Shown here: in pieces, positions 1 through 6,678 of the stretch
Layout of the letters: every line of letters begins with the position of its first letter
Numbering within the stretch: the first letter of the stretch is position 1
Source: a virus
Length of the DNA: 16,487 nt
Virus record (IMG/VR): IMGVR_UViG_3300045988_086395
Strand: one strand, 5' to 3'
Position numbers and translations under genes: made by a program
Notes under the pieces: model-generated
What the model saw: only the letters and a program-made list of their open reading frames with translations
Told to the model about the DNA's origin: nothing
The model's database searches: none

Positions 1-39
1 AAGCCTTCGTCGGCAGCGTCAGATGTGTATAAGAGACAG
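1..39. other. Illumina Nextera adapter remnant: last 6 nt of an i5 index (..AAGCCT), then TCGTCGGCAGCGTC and the Tn5 mosaic end AGATGTGTATAAGAGACAG. Not biological.
   Basis: Exact match to the Nextera read-1 adapter / mosaic-end sequence. Its reverse complement sits at 16449-16487. Confidence 0.9.
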
Positions 40-324
40 CACCGAACAAATGTTCGCTTCCCATTCCTATTCTTTTCATGTTTTTCACTTGACAACAACA
101 CCAACATATGCATAACAAAATAAATCCTTGACAGAATGAACAAGCTATGCTAGCACGTCGAAAAGTATACACTGTACACATGCAATCTAGTCAACAATTG
201 ACTGGCCGTTGCTAAGTGTACACTGTATACTACTGCACCACTCATCCATAGAAAACGTGAATGAGACAACGCACGTATAACGTGCTATAATGGTCTTGTC
301 GTTGAGGAGAAGGAGTGGAAGATG
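40..324. repeat. Left inverted terminal repeat (285 bp). It is the exact reverse complement of 16164-16448 and runs through the ATG of the first gene.
   Basis: A stepwise reverse-complement comparison of both ends checked several long blocks and all were identical. The match ends at ...GGAGTGGAAGATG, after which the two ends diverge (ATGAAAAG vs ATGGCAAT). Confidence 0.85.
263..291 (+). promoter_or_regulatory. Sigma-A-type promoter inside the left ITR. Elements: -35 GAGACA (263-268), 17-bp spacer, extended -10 TGcTATAAT (283-291). The spacer is occupied by the palindrome GCACG-TATAA-CGTGC (271-285), which looks like an operator.
   Basis: Read directly from the sequence. Spacing and the TG-extended -10 are canonical. 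The RBS AAGGAG (311-316) and ATG (322) follow. Confidence 0.6.
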
Positions 325-552
325 AAAAGATGCAGTAATAAATTTATCATTTATTATTCAAATGATGTAGATGTGGAGAAAGTTTATGCGTCACTTAGGT
401 TAGATCAAGCAATGATGAATTTCATTGAAATAAATAATGATAAAATGTTCTCGTTAATAGCATATGATACTGATGATTATATTAAAGCATTGGATATGAT
501 TAAAGGGCAATATAAGTATTATATCGCTGATTTTCTAGAAAAGGATGAATAA
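322..552 (+). CDS. Hypothetical early protein (76 aa), first gene of the left-end operon.
   Basis: ATG sits immediately at the inner ITR boundary, preceded by AAGGAG with 6-nt spacing. Its stop overlaps the next start (TAATG). Confidence 0.6.
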   Translation: MKRCSNKFIIYYSNDVDVEKVYASLRLDQAMMNFIEINNDKMFSLIAYDTDDYIKALDMIKGQYKYYIADFLEKDE

Positions 553-764
553 TGAAAATTGTAACAATATACAAGGTAAATCGAGAGATTGAATGTGATG
601 CTGAATATTGTGAGTTTGTTAAATATGAAGAAATAATATCCGATCTGAATAAAGGTGGTAAATGGCTTTATGCGCAATGTTTTAGCACGAATAAATTGAC
701 AATGCGGTATATTTATCCAAATGGTGAAATCTTAGACGAATTTGGAAGGAGTTATAATGATTGA
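552..764 (+). CDS. Hypothetical early protein (70 aa) with several Cys residues, possibly metal-binding.
   Basis: ATG overlaps the upstream stop (TAATGA), indicating translational coupling. An AAGGATGA-like RBS precedes it. Confidence 0.55.
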   Translation: MKIVTIYKVNREIECDAEYCEFVKYEEIISDLNKGGKWLYAQCFSTNKLTMRYIYPNGEILDEFGRSYND

Positions 765-948
765 AAAAATGAAAGACAACGCTGAGGTACTATCTAACAT
801 TTATAATTGCAGCGTGCGAATCGAAGGAGATAGCTATGTAGCAGACATTGACGGAATTTGCTGCGTGATCGGATACAAAGACAGCGCTTACATTGATCTA
901 TCAGAGAACTGCAAACGTTTCGTGAATATGTTGGTGAATCATATCTAA
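757..948 (+). CDS. Hypothetical early protein (63 aa).
   Basis: The ATG at 757 is preceded by GGAAGGAG with 6-nt spacing and overlaps the upstream stop (ATGATTGA). The ORF-track start at 742 is a TTG. Confidence 0.5.
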   Translation: MIEKMKDNAEVLSNIYNCSVRIEGDSYVADIDGICCVIGYKDSAYIDLSENCKRFVNMLVNHI

Positions 949-958
949 GGAGCAAACA

Positions 959-1063
959 ATGAATGCATGGAGAGATTTTTGGATTGGGACATTGTGCATG
1001 TTGGTTAGTTGCGTTATAGTAATAAGTATGATCATGTTGGTTATTGGCGTACAGGGGGCATAA
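959..1063 (+). CDS. Small hydrophobic peptide (34 aa, MNAWRDFWIGTLCMLVSCVIVISMIMLVIGVQGA). It is not in the ORF track, being below the size cutoff.
   Basis: A perfect AAGGAG RBS lies 8 nt upstream. It has a single predicted TM helix. Its stop TAA overlaps the next ATG (TAATG). Confidence 0.4.
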   Translation: MNAWRDFWIGTLCMLVSCVIVISMIMLVIGVQGA

Positions 1064-1359
1064 TGAATGATTACGAAATTTTTGAAAAGCACGCTACAGC
1101 TAACGAAAATCCTGTTGATGATCTTGATATTGTGCTTGGTGATATCAGTTATCGATTGGGAATGCTTGAGGATAAATGCTACGCAGATACTAGCCATGAT
1201 TCGTTTCTAAAATCCCTTATTGTCATTATGTGTACTAGCGTTGTGATCGTGTTCGTAGCCTACACTGAGCTTATGAGTATTTACCACGCATTGATGTTTC
1301 TCGGTATTTTTGGCCTTGTCATTGGAACTGTGCTTATCGGAATCGAGCGTATGCGATGA
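1063..1359 (+). CDS. Early membrane protein (99 aa): acidic N-terminal domain with C-terminal hydrophobic helices.
   Basis: ATG at 1063 with an AGGGGG RBS. The ORF-track start at 1009 is a TTG. Its C-terminus is strongly hydrophobic (LIVIMCTSVVIVFVAY...FLGIFGLVIGTVLIGI). Confidence 0.55.
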   Translation: MNDYEIFEKHATANENPVDDLDIVLGDISYRLGMLEDKCYADTSHDSFLKSLIVIMCTSVVIVFVAYTELMSIYHALMFLGIFGLVIGTVLIGIERMR

Positions 1360-1616
1360 AAACGAAAGTGGTGTTGGTTGCTATGTATGTAGGCAAATCC
1401 TGGTGTTATATCTACGCTGATGAGAATAGCGAAGAATGGTTGATCGTTGATGAGAAGACGGTGGCGCAAGTAATCTACTCAGGTAAAGATTATACGTGGT
1501 ACGATCAATATGGCAACACCCATAAGGCTAAATCATTTGACACCATGGTTAGAAATGCGGTGCGGTTGTACAATGTAGCTTCGGCTACTATTGGAAGGAC
1601 TAAGATCAATCTATGA
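1356..1616 (+). CDS. Hypothetical early protein (86 aa).
   Basis: ATGA start/stop overlap with the upstream gene and the same codon-usage pattern. Function not recognisable. Confidence 0.55.
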   Translation: MKTKVVLVAMYVGKSWCYIYADENSEEWLIVDEKTVAQVIYSGKDYTWYDQYGNTHKAKSFDTMVRNAVRLYNVASATIGRTKINL

Positions 1617-1696
1617 CAGACAATGGTTGGATGTTTGCGCTGCTGCTGATATTGGTTTTGTCAGCAGCAGTTTTCATTGATTTTATTCGCAAATAA
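1613..1696 (+). CDS. Possible hydrophobic mini-ORF (27 aa, MTDNGWMFALLLILVLSAAVFIDFIRK). This is very tentative, because it contains the terminator hairpin.
   Basis: Start overlaps the upstream stop as ATGA and it has a single hydrophobic stretch. The coding sequence coincides with a stem-loop. Confidence 0.25.
   Translation: MTDNGWMFALLLILVLSAAVFIDFIRK
1640..1684 (+). terminator. Rho-independent terminator for the plus-strand early operon. It lies at the convergence point with the minus-strand genes.
   Basis: A 10-bp perfect stem CTGCTGCTGA / TCAGCAGCAG with an 11-nt loop, followed by TTTTCATTGATTTT. Confidence 0.5.
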
Positions 1697-2716
1697 TTAC
1701 TGCAAGTTGAGAACATTGCTCATTTCATAGAACAACTCTCTACATTTCGCACTTGAAAAATAGACGTTGCCTAGACGATACATGTTAAGTAACGCCTTGA
1801 TTATTGGGTGCGATTTTTGTATCATCAAGAGATTTGGCGTCATGTCGTTTTTAGTCAGGCAGAATACATTGTTGGTTTGCCTAGCGTAATCCCCCACATA
1901 GTATTGCAGCATTTTTGAATCGAGATATACTGAAAATGTCTGTTCCCCGTATTGTATGGCATAGCAATAACGTGCGTCCTTAGGAATCGATGAAACAAAC
2001 GTGTCCGTATCATCCATGAATTCATTGGCAATGGCGTAATCATCATAGCCCGTAGCTTTAGCAAGGTCGCCAAACGCTGAATTCATCAGCTCATTTTCAC
2101 TTTCTGCGTTATGATATAAATGCACGCATACGCGATTGTTGGCTCGCATGATGAATTCTTTATTTTTAAGGTCATCAATTGAAATTCCAAGCTTGACGAA
2201 ATATGGATTGACAATAGAAACAGCATTGCTTGCAAAGATCATTCGCGTTGAGAATCTGCGACGGTCGACAGTATGCCAAAATCCCAAGGCTTGGTTGACT
2301 TCGTTGGTGAGATAATGCATGTTGCGCGTGTTCTCGATGATGAATTCATCGAACATGATTTTATTGCATTTCGAATAGTCTCCGCCTTTACGTGCTTGCT
2401 GGGTGGAAAGCCAGCGGAAATGCCCCATTCTCTGCCACGAGGTATTCTTCCCCACCTTTTTCGCCTGCATTGTATAACCTTTAGTTCGGAAATCATAGTT
2501 TTCATATTTTTCCGCGATATCATCAAAAAACGTGTACCTGTCTTCCAGCTCGCTTTCATAGCGGCGCAGATAGATCATTTCGTTTCCGTGTTTTTTCCAG
2601 TCGCGAATACCCCAGTCCTTAAAGCCATAGGTTTTTCCCGCGCTTCGATGCCCAGTCAAAAAATTCCAAAATGCGCCGCGCGTGAGAAGTGGATGATAGT
2701 CAACGTAAACGCTCAT
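1697..2716 (-). CDS. DNA encapsidation (packaging) ATPase, homolog of phi29 gp16.
   Basis: Walker A GHRSAGKT. Blocks NFLTGHRSAGKTYGFK, IYLRRYESEL, IMFDEFI and ASNAVSIVNPYF align to remembered phi29 gp16 motifs. The ATG at 2716 overlaps the upstream stop (ATGA). The ORF-track start at 2737 is a TTG. Confidence 0.9.
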   Translation of the reverse strand: MSVYVDYHPLLTRGAFWNFLTGHRSAGKTYGFKDWGIRDWKKHGNEMIYLRRYESELEDRYTFFDDIAEKYENYDFRTKGYTMQAKKVGKNTSWQRMGHFRWLSTQQARKGGDYSKCNKIMFDEFIIENTRNMHYLTNEVNQALGFWHTVDRRRFSTRMIFASNAVSIVNPYFVKLGISIDDLKNKEFIMRANNRVCVHLYHNAESENELMNSAFGDLAKATGYDDYAIANEFMDDTDTFVSSIPKDARYCYAIQYGEQTFSVYLDSKMLQYYVGDYARQTNNVFCLTKNDMTPNLLMIQKSHPIIKALLNMYRLGNVYFSSAKCRELFYEMSNVLNLQ

Positions 2717-3969
2717 AGATATCTTCTCACCATCCAATCGTGGGCACGCCCCGCATAAACATTCGCATCAGCTTTTATTGTCGGTCCTTGCCCTGAACCA
2801 TGGCCGCAGAACTGGTTGTTTCCTATGTACAATTCGACGTGATCAAATGATGAGTTGTAATCTCCCCAATTGAAAAATACCAGATCGGCCGGCTGCATCG
2901 AAGACAGAGGAAGATTAGGCCCTGATGCAGCCGCGATTTGTCGCCCCTTTCCCACTTGCGCACCCGTCCACGTGCCGATATCCATGCTTGTTACTTTTTG
3001 GTAGGCGAACCAAATAGTGCTTGAGCAATCGCCGTATCCACTTGCTATCGGATCAAGTCTCCCCGGGCCTTGTGAATATGCAAATTTACCAACCCATGAG
3101 GTGTACAGCTCGACGATTTGGCGCTGAGCTTCTGACCCCGAAGACGATCCACCACCAGTATTCCCACCAGTGATAGGAGTTCCGTCTTTGTTTACACCAG
3201 GTATCCATGTTTGGCCAGTAGATTTGTAAAAAATCACACCGTTTTTATAATAATCTGGTCCGAACAATATTAAGTTGTCTCCACGTTGGATCACGTAAGA
3301 CACTTGATTTGCGTCTTGTTCAATTTGCGGTGAATTGCCACCATAAGATGGGGAGCCGACTTGGCCGAAGTCCGGCGGATCGCTCTCACCATCCCAAGCA
3401 TCGAGACGTGATTTTACTGTATTGTATCGATTTTTGTAAATTCCAAGAACACCATCATTCATGCAGACTTGATATAGACGTTCCAGCGTTGCCGTGCCAC
3501 CCGCTGCTTGGATGACACGCCCGCACTGTCTAGGTGATTGGTGCCACATGGCCATCGCGAAAATCAACGGCTTGGGGTTTGATTGACTCATGCCATAGCC
3601 TTCGAGCGTTGTAATGTAACCTTCGAAGTCTGAGATCGCTTGATTTTCTTGAATGATATGGTTTTCCTGTGCGCTGAAAACCTGCACGATGGAGTTGCCT
3701 TCGGCCTGTGTAAGATAGCGCCTCGTCCAATAACTGTCTGTTGCAGGGTGCTGTGCAAGAGAATCGCGCAATGATTGCGCGAGATCAGGATAGGCGGTAG
3801 GCTGCTCTGCTTCCACTCGATTAAGCAGAGCAGCCGCACGTGTGCCATACCATTGCATCATACCAATAGTTATTGGATCGACGTAATAAACGCTTGTCCA
3901 ATTCCAATTGCTCTCGACTTCGCCGATAACGTACATGGCATAATAGCATATGGTTTGCGTGCTTGGCAT
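2713..3969 (-). CDS. Tail-associated peptidoglycan hydrolase (analog of phi29 gp13) with a C-terminal NlpC/P60-type cysteine peptidase.
   Basis: C-terminal GYGDCSSTIWFAY (catalytic Cys) and FDHVELYIGNN (His) motifs. The N-terminal domain is unassigned. ATG at 3969 with a GAGGTGA RBS. The ORF-track start at 3978 is a GTG. Confidence 0.8.
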   Translation of the reverse strand: MPSTQTICYYAMYVIGEVESNWNWTSVYYVDPITIGMMQWYGTRAAALLNRVEAEQPTAYPDLAQSLRDSLAQHPATDSYWTRRYLTQAEGNSIVQVFSAQENHIIQENQAISDFEGYITTLEGYGMSQSNPKPLIFAMAMWHQSPRQCGRVIQAAGGTATLERLYQVCMNDGVLGIYKNRYNTVKSRLDAWDGESDPPDFGQVGSPSYGGNSPQIEQDANQVSYVIQRGDNLILFGPDYYKNGVIFYKSTGQTWIPGVNKDGTPITGGNTGGGSSSGSEAQRQIVELYTSWVGKFAYSQGPGRLDPIASGYGDCSSTIWFAYQKVTSMDIGTWTGAQVGKGRQIAAASGPNLPLSSMQPADLVFFNWGDYNSSFDHVELYIGNNQFCGHGSGQGPTIKADANVYAGRAHDWMVRRYL

Positions 3970-3987
3970 AGAATTCACCTCGTAAGA

Positions 3988-4085
3988 TAGCGAGTGTAGG
4001 ATTCGAACCTACGTGGTCCAGGTCGCCACCTAAGACCGTCGATTGCGTCTATCGCCCCGTTTTGGCCTCTCCGGGCAAGCTCGCT
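3988..4085 (-). tRNA. tRNA or tRNA-like element with a canonical T-arm and a 7-bp acceptor-stem complement. The full cloverleaf could not be resolved by eye.
   Basis: The minus strand reads ...GTAGG-TTCGAAT-CCTAC (T-stem/loop consensus GGTTCGAATCC) followed by ACTCGCT(A), which is complementary to the 5' AGCGAG(C/T). At about 98 nt it is too long for a class I tRNA. It may be a class II tRNA or a tRNA-like element. Confidence 0.45.
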
Positions 4086-4096
4086 ATCATGAATAT

Positions 4097-4125
4097 ATTA
4101 TAGCATTATTTCTTTTCAATTACAA
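4097..4125 (-). promoter_or_regulatory. Promoter immediately upstream of the tRNA-like element: -35 TTGTAA, 17-bp spacer, extended -10 TGcTATAAT. This -10 is the same sequence as the ITR promoter.
   Basis: Read on the minus strand as AAGGTTGTAA-TTGAAAAGAAATAATGC-TATAAT. It lies within the 3' end of the lysin CDS. The -10 ends about 10 nt before the tRNA 5' end. Confidence 0.45.
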
Positions 4126-4768
4126 CCTTATAATCATTATTTTCTAAAATTGACTGATTAGTAGGCGCATCTACGGAAACTGCATGAGCGTATGCTTCCC
4201 ACGCGCTGCGATCTCCGAAGAAATGATTAAGGTCTAAGCTAGCATCCCACCCATTTACAGCACCTAGCTCTGAGTATTGCCAGCAGCATACGAGGCCATC
4301 GGTTTCTAGGTGATCGCCCGGGTCATCATAAAGAGTCATAACTTGCTTGGGCTTGGGATATTGCGCGATCCATCGCCCGCAATTGGGGTCCACGCCCCCC
4401 TGGTTAAATCGCCATGGATTCGCATAAATCCACGGCCACACTCTCGTTTTTTCATACACTCGGCGCACGAATTCGTTAACCCATTCAACAGATTGATCTT
4501 TTTCCCAGTCTAATATTGGAATTCCGTGATTAAAATAACCCTCGCAATTTTTGATGAACCAATCACACTCTTTTATAGGGTCGTTATTCCTGCCGAAGTG
4601 ATAGAATCCAAAAAGTTTATTAGATTTTATAGCACGCTGAATTACTCCGTCACAATATGGATTGACATAAGTAAGTCCTTCGGTTGCTTTTGAAATGACA
4701 AAATCAGCAGCAGTATCTTGGATTTGGAAATCTTTTTGCCTCGACGAAACATCAACTCCTCTAAGCAT
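4106..4768 (-). CDS. Endolysin, a GH25 muramidase (Cpl-1-like catalytic domain) with no obvious cell-wall-binding module.
   Basis: GVDVSSRQ...FVISKATEG..YVNP...FGFYHF...LDWEKD...CCWQYS follows the GH25 signature. The ATG at 4768 overlaps the holin 3' end. The ORF-track start at 4780 is a TTG. Confidence 0.85.
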   Translation of the reverse strand: MLRGVDVSSRQKDFQIQDTAADFVISKATEGLTYVNPYCDGVIQRAIKSNKLFGFYHFGRNNDPIKECDWFIKNCEGYFNHGIPILDWEKDQSVEWVNEFVRRVYEKTRVWPWIYANPWRFNQGGVDPNCGRWIAQYPKPKQVMTLYDDPGDHLETDGLVCCWQYSELGAVNGWDASLDLNHFFGDRSAWEAYAHAVSVDAPTNQSILENNDYKVVIEKK

Positions 4769-4976
4769 GTTTCCCGCCAATACTGGCCATACAGTCTTTT
4801 AGCTCGCTCGATAGCTCCTTAAAATCTTCACGCAGCTCTCCAATCTCAATAGTAATACTTTTAAGACTGGCGGTAAAATCTTTAAGGGTACGGCCATAGA
4901 GATAAAACATGCCCACGCAAGCCGCGATAGGGAAGCCCACACTACCAATAAGAGAAATAAGGGTGTTAACATCCAT
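4761..4976 (-). CDS. Putative holin (71 aa): one TM helix plus a charged C-terminal coiled region.
   Basis: Sits immediately upstream of and overlapping the endolysin. A GAGTGAGGT RBS precedes the ATG at 4976. Hydrophobic core LISLIGSVGFPIAACVGMFYLYG. The longer ORF-track version overlaps the fibre gene by 50 nt. Confidence 0.5.
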   Translation of the reverse strand: MDVNTLISLIGSVGFPIAACVGMFYLYGRTLKDFTASLKSITIEIGELREDFKELSSELKDCMASIGGKHA

Positions 4977-4983
4977 GATTACC

Positions 4984-6108
4984 TCACTCAGGATAAACAG
5001 GGTCGGGGACACAATCAACAGGGAAATTAGCAAGTGCCATGATGGCAGGATCTACAGGATCAGGAGGAATCGGCGCATTAAGATTAACGAGCGATAGTGG
5101 GGTCTGGATTGACATGATATTAATTCTACCGTAGTCGCTTTTCCATGGGCCCGCTCCACCAGCAATATTTATTCCAATGTACAAATAACCATCGGTTCCA
5201 ATTCCATTTGCTATAATATTCTGCCACGTTTGATTACTAGCAGCGTTCGCATTCTGAGCGATACCAACTCCATTGAATATCATAGCTTCGGACGGAGTAA
5301 TAGGCATCTTTATTAATGTTTTGATTGCATAATAGTTGGTGCCAGGCATGATAGAGAGAGTAGGCTGAGTTGCTTTTGCATCAAATTGGATCAATGAATC
5401 AAACTTCCATAGCGTATTGCCATGCAAATACAGTCTGGCGTTTGCTGCAACAAGTGAAGCTCCGTTGCTCAACAATTCCCCTTTGTTATATAATTTAACA
5501 GACCAATTTTCCACGAGGCTGGTATATCCAATTCGATTCGATACATCAGTAAGCTGCGCTTGTGCATTAGAGCTAAGTCCCGCCGTCATATTAAGATCTT
5601 TAGCAGACGCATTGACGCCAAGATTCACAAGATTAACACCAAGCGACGTGCGAGCAGCGGCTGCTGACGTAGCGCCAGTTCCGCCATTGGCAACTGACAC
5701 CGGGAACTTGCTATTCAGCTTCTTAATATCATTAGTATTAGTAGTAATATTTCCCTGCGCGGTTGTAAGATCGTTGCGAAGCTGAGCGATATTTTCAGTG
5801 CTCGTCGCAATGTTACCCTGTGCGGTAGTGAGATCAGTACGAAGACCACTAGTTGCAGTTTGCAGCTTGCTGATGTTGTTAGAATTGGTAGCCACGCCTC
5901 CCTGCGTCGTGGTAAGATCGTTGCGCAGAGCGGTCACGTTAGAGTTGATCGTGGAAATATTGTTGTTGACAGCTACAATCTTATCAGATTGATCTTTAAG
6001 TTCAGTATCAACTTTTCCCATCGCAGCGTTGTACTGATCTGCGAGATCGGGCTTGTCATTTTCTGCGTACAAATCAAGATCATAATTCGGAGTGTAAATA
6101 GATGCCAT
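4984..6108 (-). CDS. Tail fibre / receptor-binding appendage protein (374 aa).
   Basis: ATG at 6108 with a GGAGG RBS at 9-nt spacing, one base after the upstream stop. Contains tandem 21-28-aa repeats (LRNDLTTAQGNI..T.T.NI..L) and a GGTGATSAAAARTSLG motif typical of phage fibres. The ORF-track N-terminal extension overlaps the upstream gene by 113 nt and is rejected. Confidence 0.65.
   Translation of the reverse strand: MASIYTPNYDLDLYAENDKPDLADQYNAAMGKVDTELKDQSDKIVAVNNNISTINSNVTALRNDLTTTQGGVATNSNNISKLQTATSGLRTDLTTAQGNIATSTENIAQLRNDLTTAQGNITTNTNDIKKLNSKFPVSVANGGTGATSAAAARTSLGVNLVNLGVNASAKDLNMTAGLSSNAQAQLTDVSNRIGYTSLVENWSVKLYNKGELLSNGASLVAANARLYLHGNTLWKFDSLIQFDAKATQPTLSIMPGTNYYAIKTLIKMPITPSEAMIFNGVGIAQNANAASNQTWQNIIANGIGTDGYLYIGINIAGGAGPWKSDYGRINIMSIQTPLSLVNLNAPIPPDPVDPAIMALANFPVDCVPDPVYPE
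5715..5930. repeat. Intragenic imperfect tandem repeats (units of about 63 and 84 nt) in the shaft of the tail fibre gene.
   Basis: DNA blocks ...CCCTGCGCGGTTGTAAGATCGTTGCGAAGCTG / CCCTGTGCGGTAGTGAGATCAGTACGAAGAC / CCCTGCGTCGTGGTAAGATCGTTGCGCAGAGC recur. They correspond to the peptide repeats LR(N/T)DLTT(A/T)QG. Confidence 0.5.
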
Positions 6109-6109
6109 G

Positions 6110-6670
6110 TTAGTTTCCCTCCTGGTAGTAGATTCCATCAGGCTTCCACGTTTCGCCCATAAGCGATCCGCTGTAGACCGCAACACCTCGCACGTTAAGC
6201 CCGCTGTTCGCGAGCGTTTCAACTGTCAATTCACTGTCTCCAAGAGTGCGAACTGTTGCAGCTTGCAATGACAGCCAACGATAGAGATTGCGCATTGCTT
6301 CTTTGCCATTGTTGTACTTGCCAATTGTCACGTCCCAGATCAGCATGCCGATTTGCAGCTTTTCAATTTCTGCCATGAGTTCGTTCTTAACGTTCTCATC
6401 GCCGACATCTGCATAATCTTGCAGCATTTTCGTTTGCTGGTTCTGCTGATTTTCAAGCTCGATTAAAAATGCGTTAAAATCATCAATCGTCATGCAACCG
6501 GCAAGCTCGCCTGCAAACGAATCTATGGCATCGCAGATCGCCTTGATTCGTTCTTCCTCGCTGATTACATTATAATATATCTTGGGGATGTATGGTGCGC
6601 TTCTCAAAAAAACACGAGGATAACAAAACCCTGTCCACCCCGTGACGCCACACGGATACGTAACTCCCAT
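6110..6670 (-). CDS. Hypothetical tail/structural protein (186 aa).
   Basis: The ATG at 6670 has an AGGAGG RBS. The ORF-track start at 6706 overlaps the upstream gene and lacks an RBS. It sits inside the tail gene block. Confidence 0.5.
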   Translation of the reverse strand: MGVTYPCGVTGWTGFCYPRVFLRSAPYIPKIYYNVISEEERIKAICDAIDSFAGELAGCMTIDDFNAFLIELENQQNQQTKMLQDYADVGDENVKNELMAEIEKLQIGMLIWDVTIGKYNNGKEAMRNLYRWLSLQAATVRTLGDSELTVETLANSGLNVRGVAVYSGSLMGETWKPDGIYYQEGN

Positions 6671-6678
6671 AATGCCTC

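Noticed and set aside
89-155. The two TTGACA hexamers in the ITR (89-94, 127-132) as additional strong promoters.
   Set aside because: The downstream -10 candidates (ATAACA, TAGCAC) are weak. They may be regulator or p6-type binding-array elements rather than promoters, so they are not called as features.
40-324. ITR as a pure assembly artefact (palindromic chimera or hairpin mis-join).
   Set aside because: The repeat boundary falls exactly at a start codon on both sides. It contains coherent promoter and operator architecture, and each copy is followed by a different, plausibly paralogous gene. Protein-primed phages are expected to have ITRs. Copy-number collapse cannot be excluded without reads, which is flagged in the findings.
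1009-1062. N-terminal extension of the 1009-1359 ORF (TTG start, MRYSNKYDHVGYWRTGG).
   Set aside because: The start is a TTG with no RBS, and the region is better explained by the separate 34-aa ORF 959-1063, which has a perfect AAGGAG. The ATG at 1063 with an AGGGGG RBS was used instead.
2273-2758. 161-aa plus-strand ORF antisense to the packaging ATPase.
   Set aside because: Overlaps a gp16 homolog that has clear motifs, and has no start context. Spurious.
3985-4090. tRNA-like T-arm as a remnant phage attachment site (attP within a tRNA 3' end).
   Set aside because: No integrase, recombinase or excisionase anywhere in the genome, and protein-primed phi29-like phages are strictly lytic and non-integrating. 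The adjacent promoter suggests an expressed RNA.
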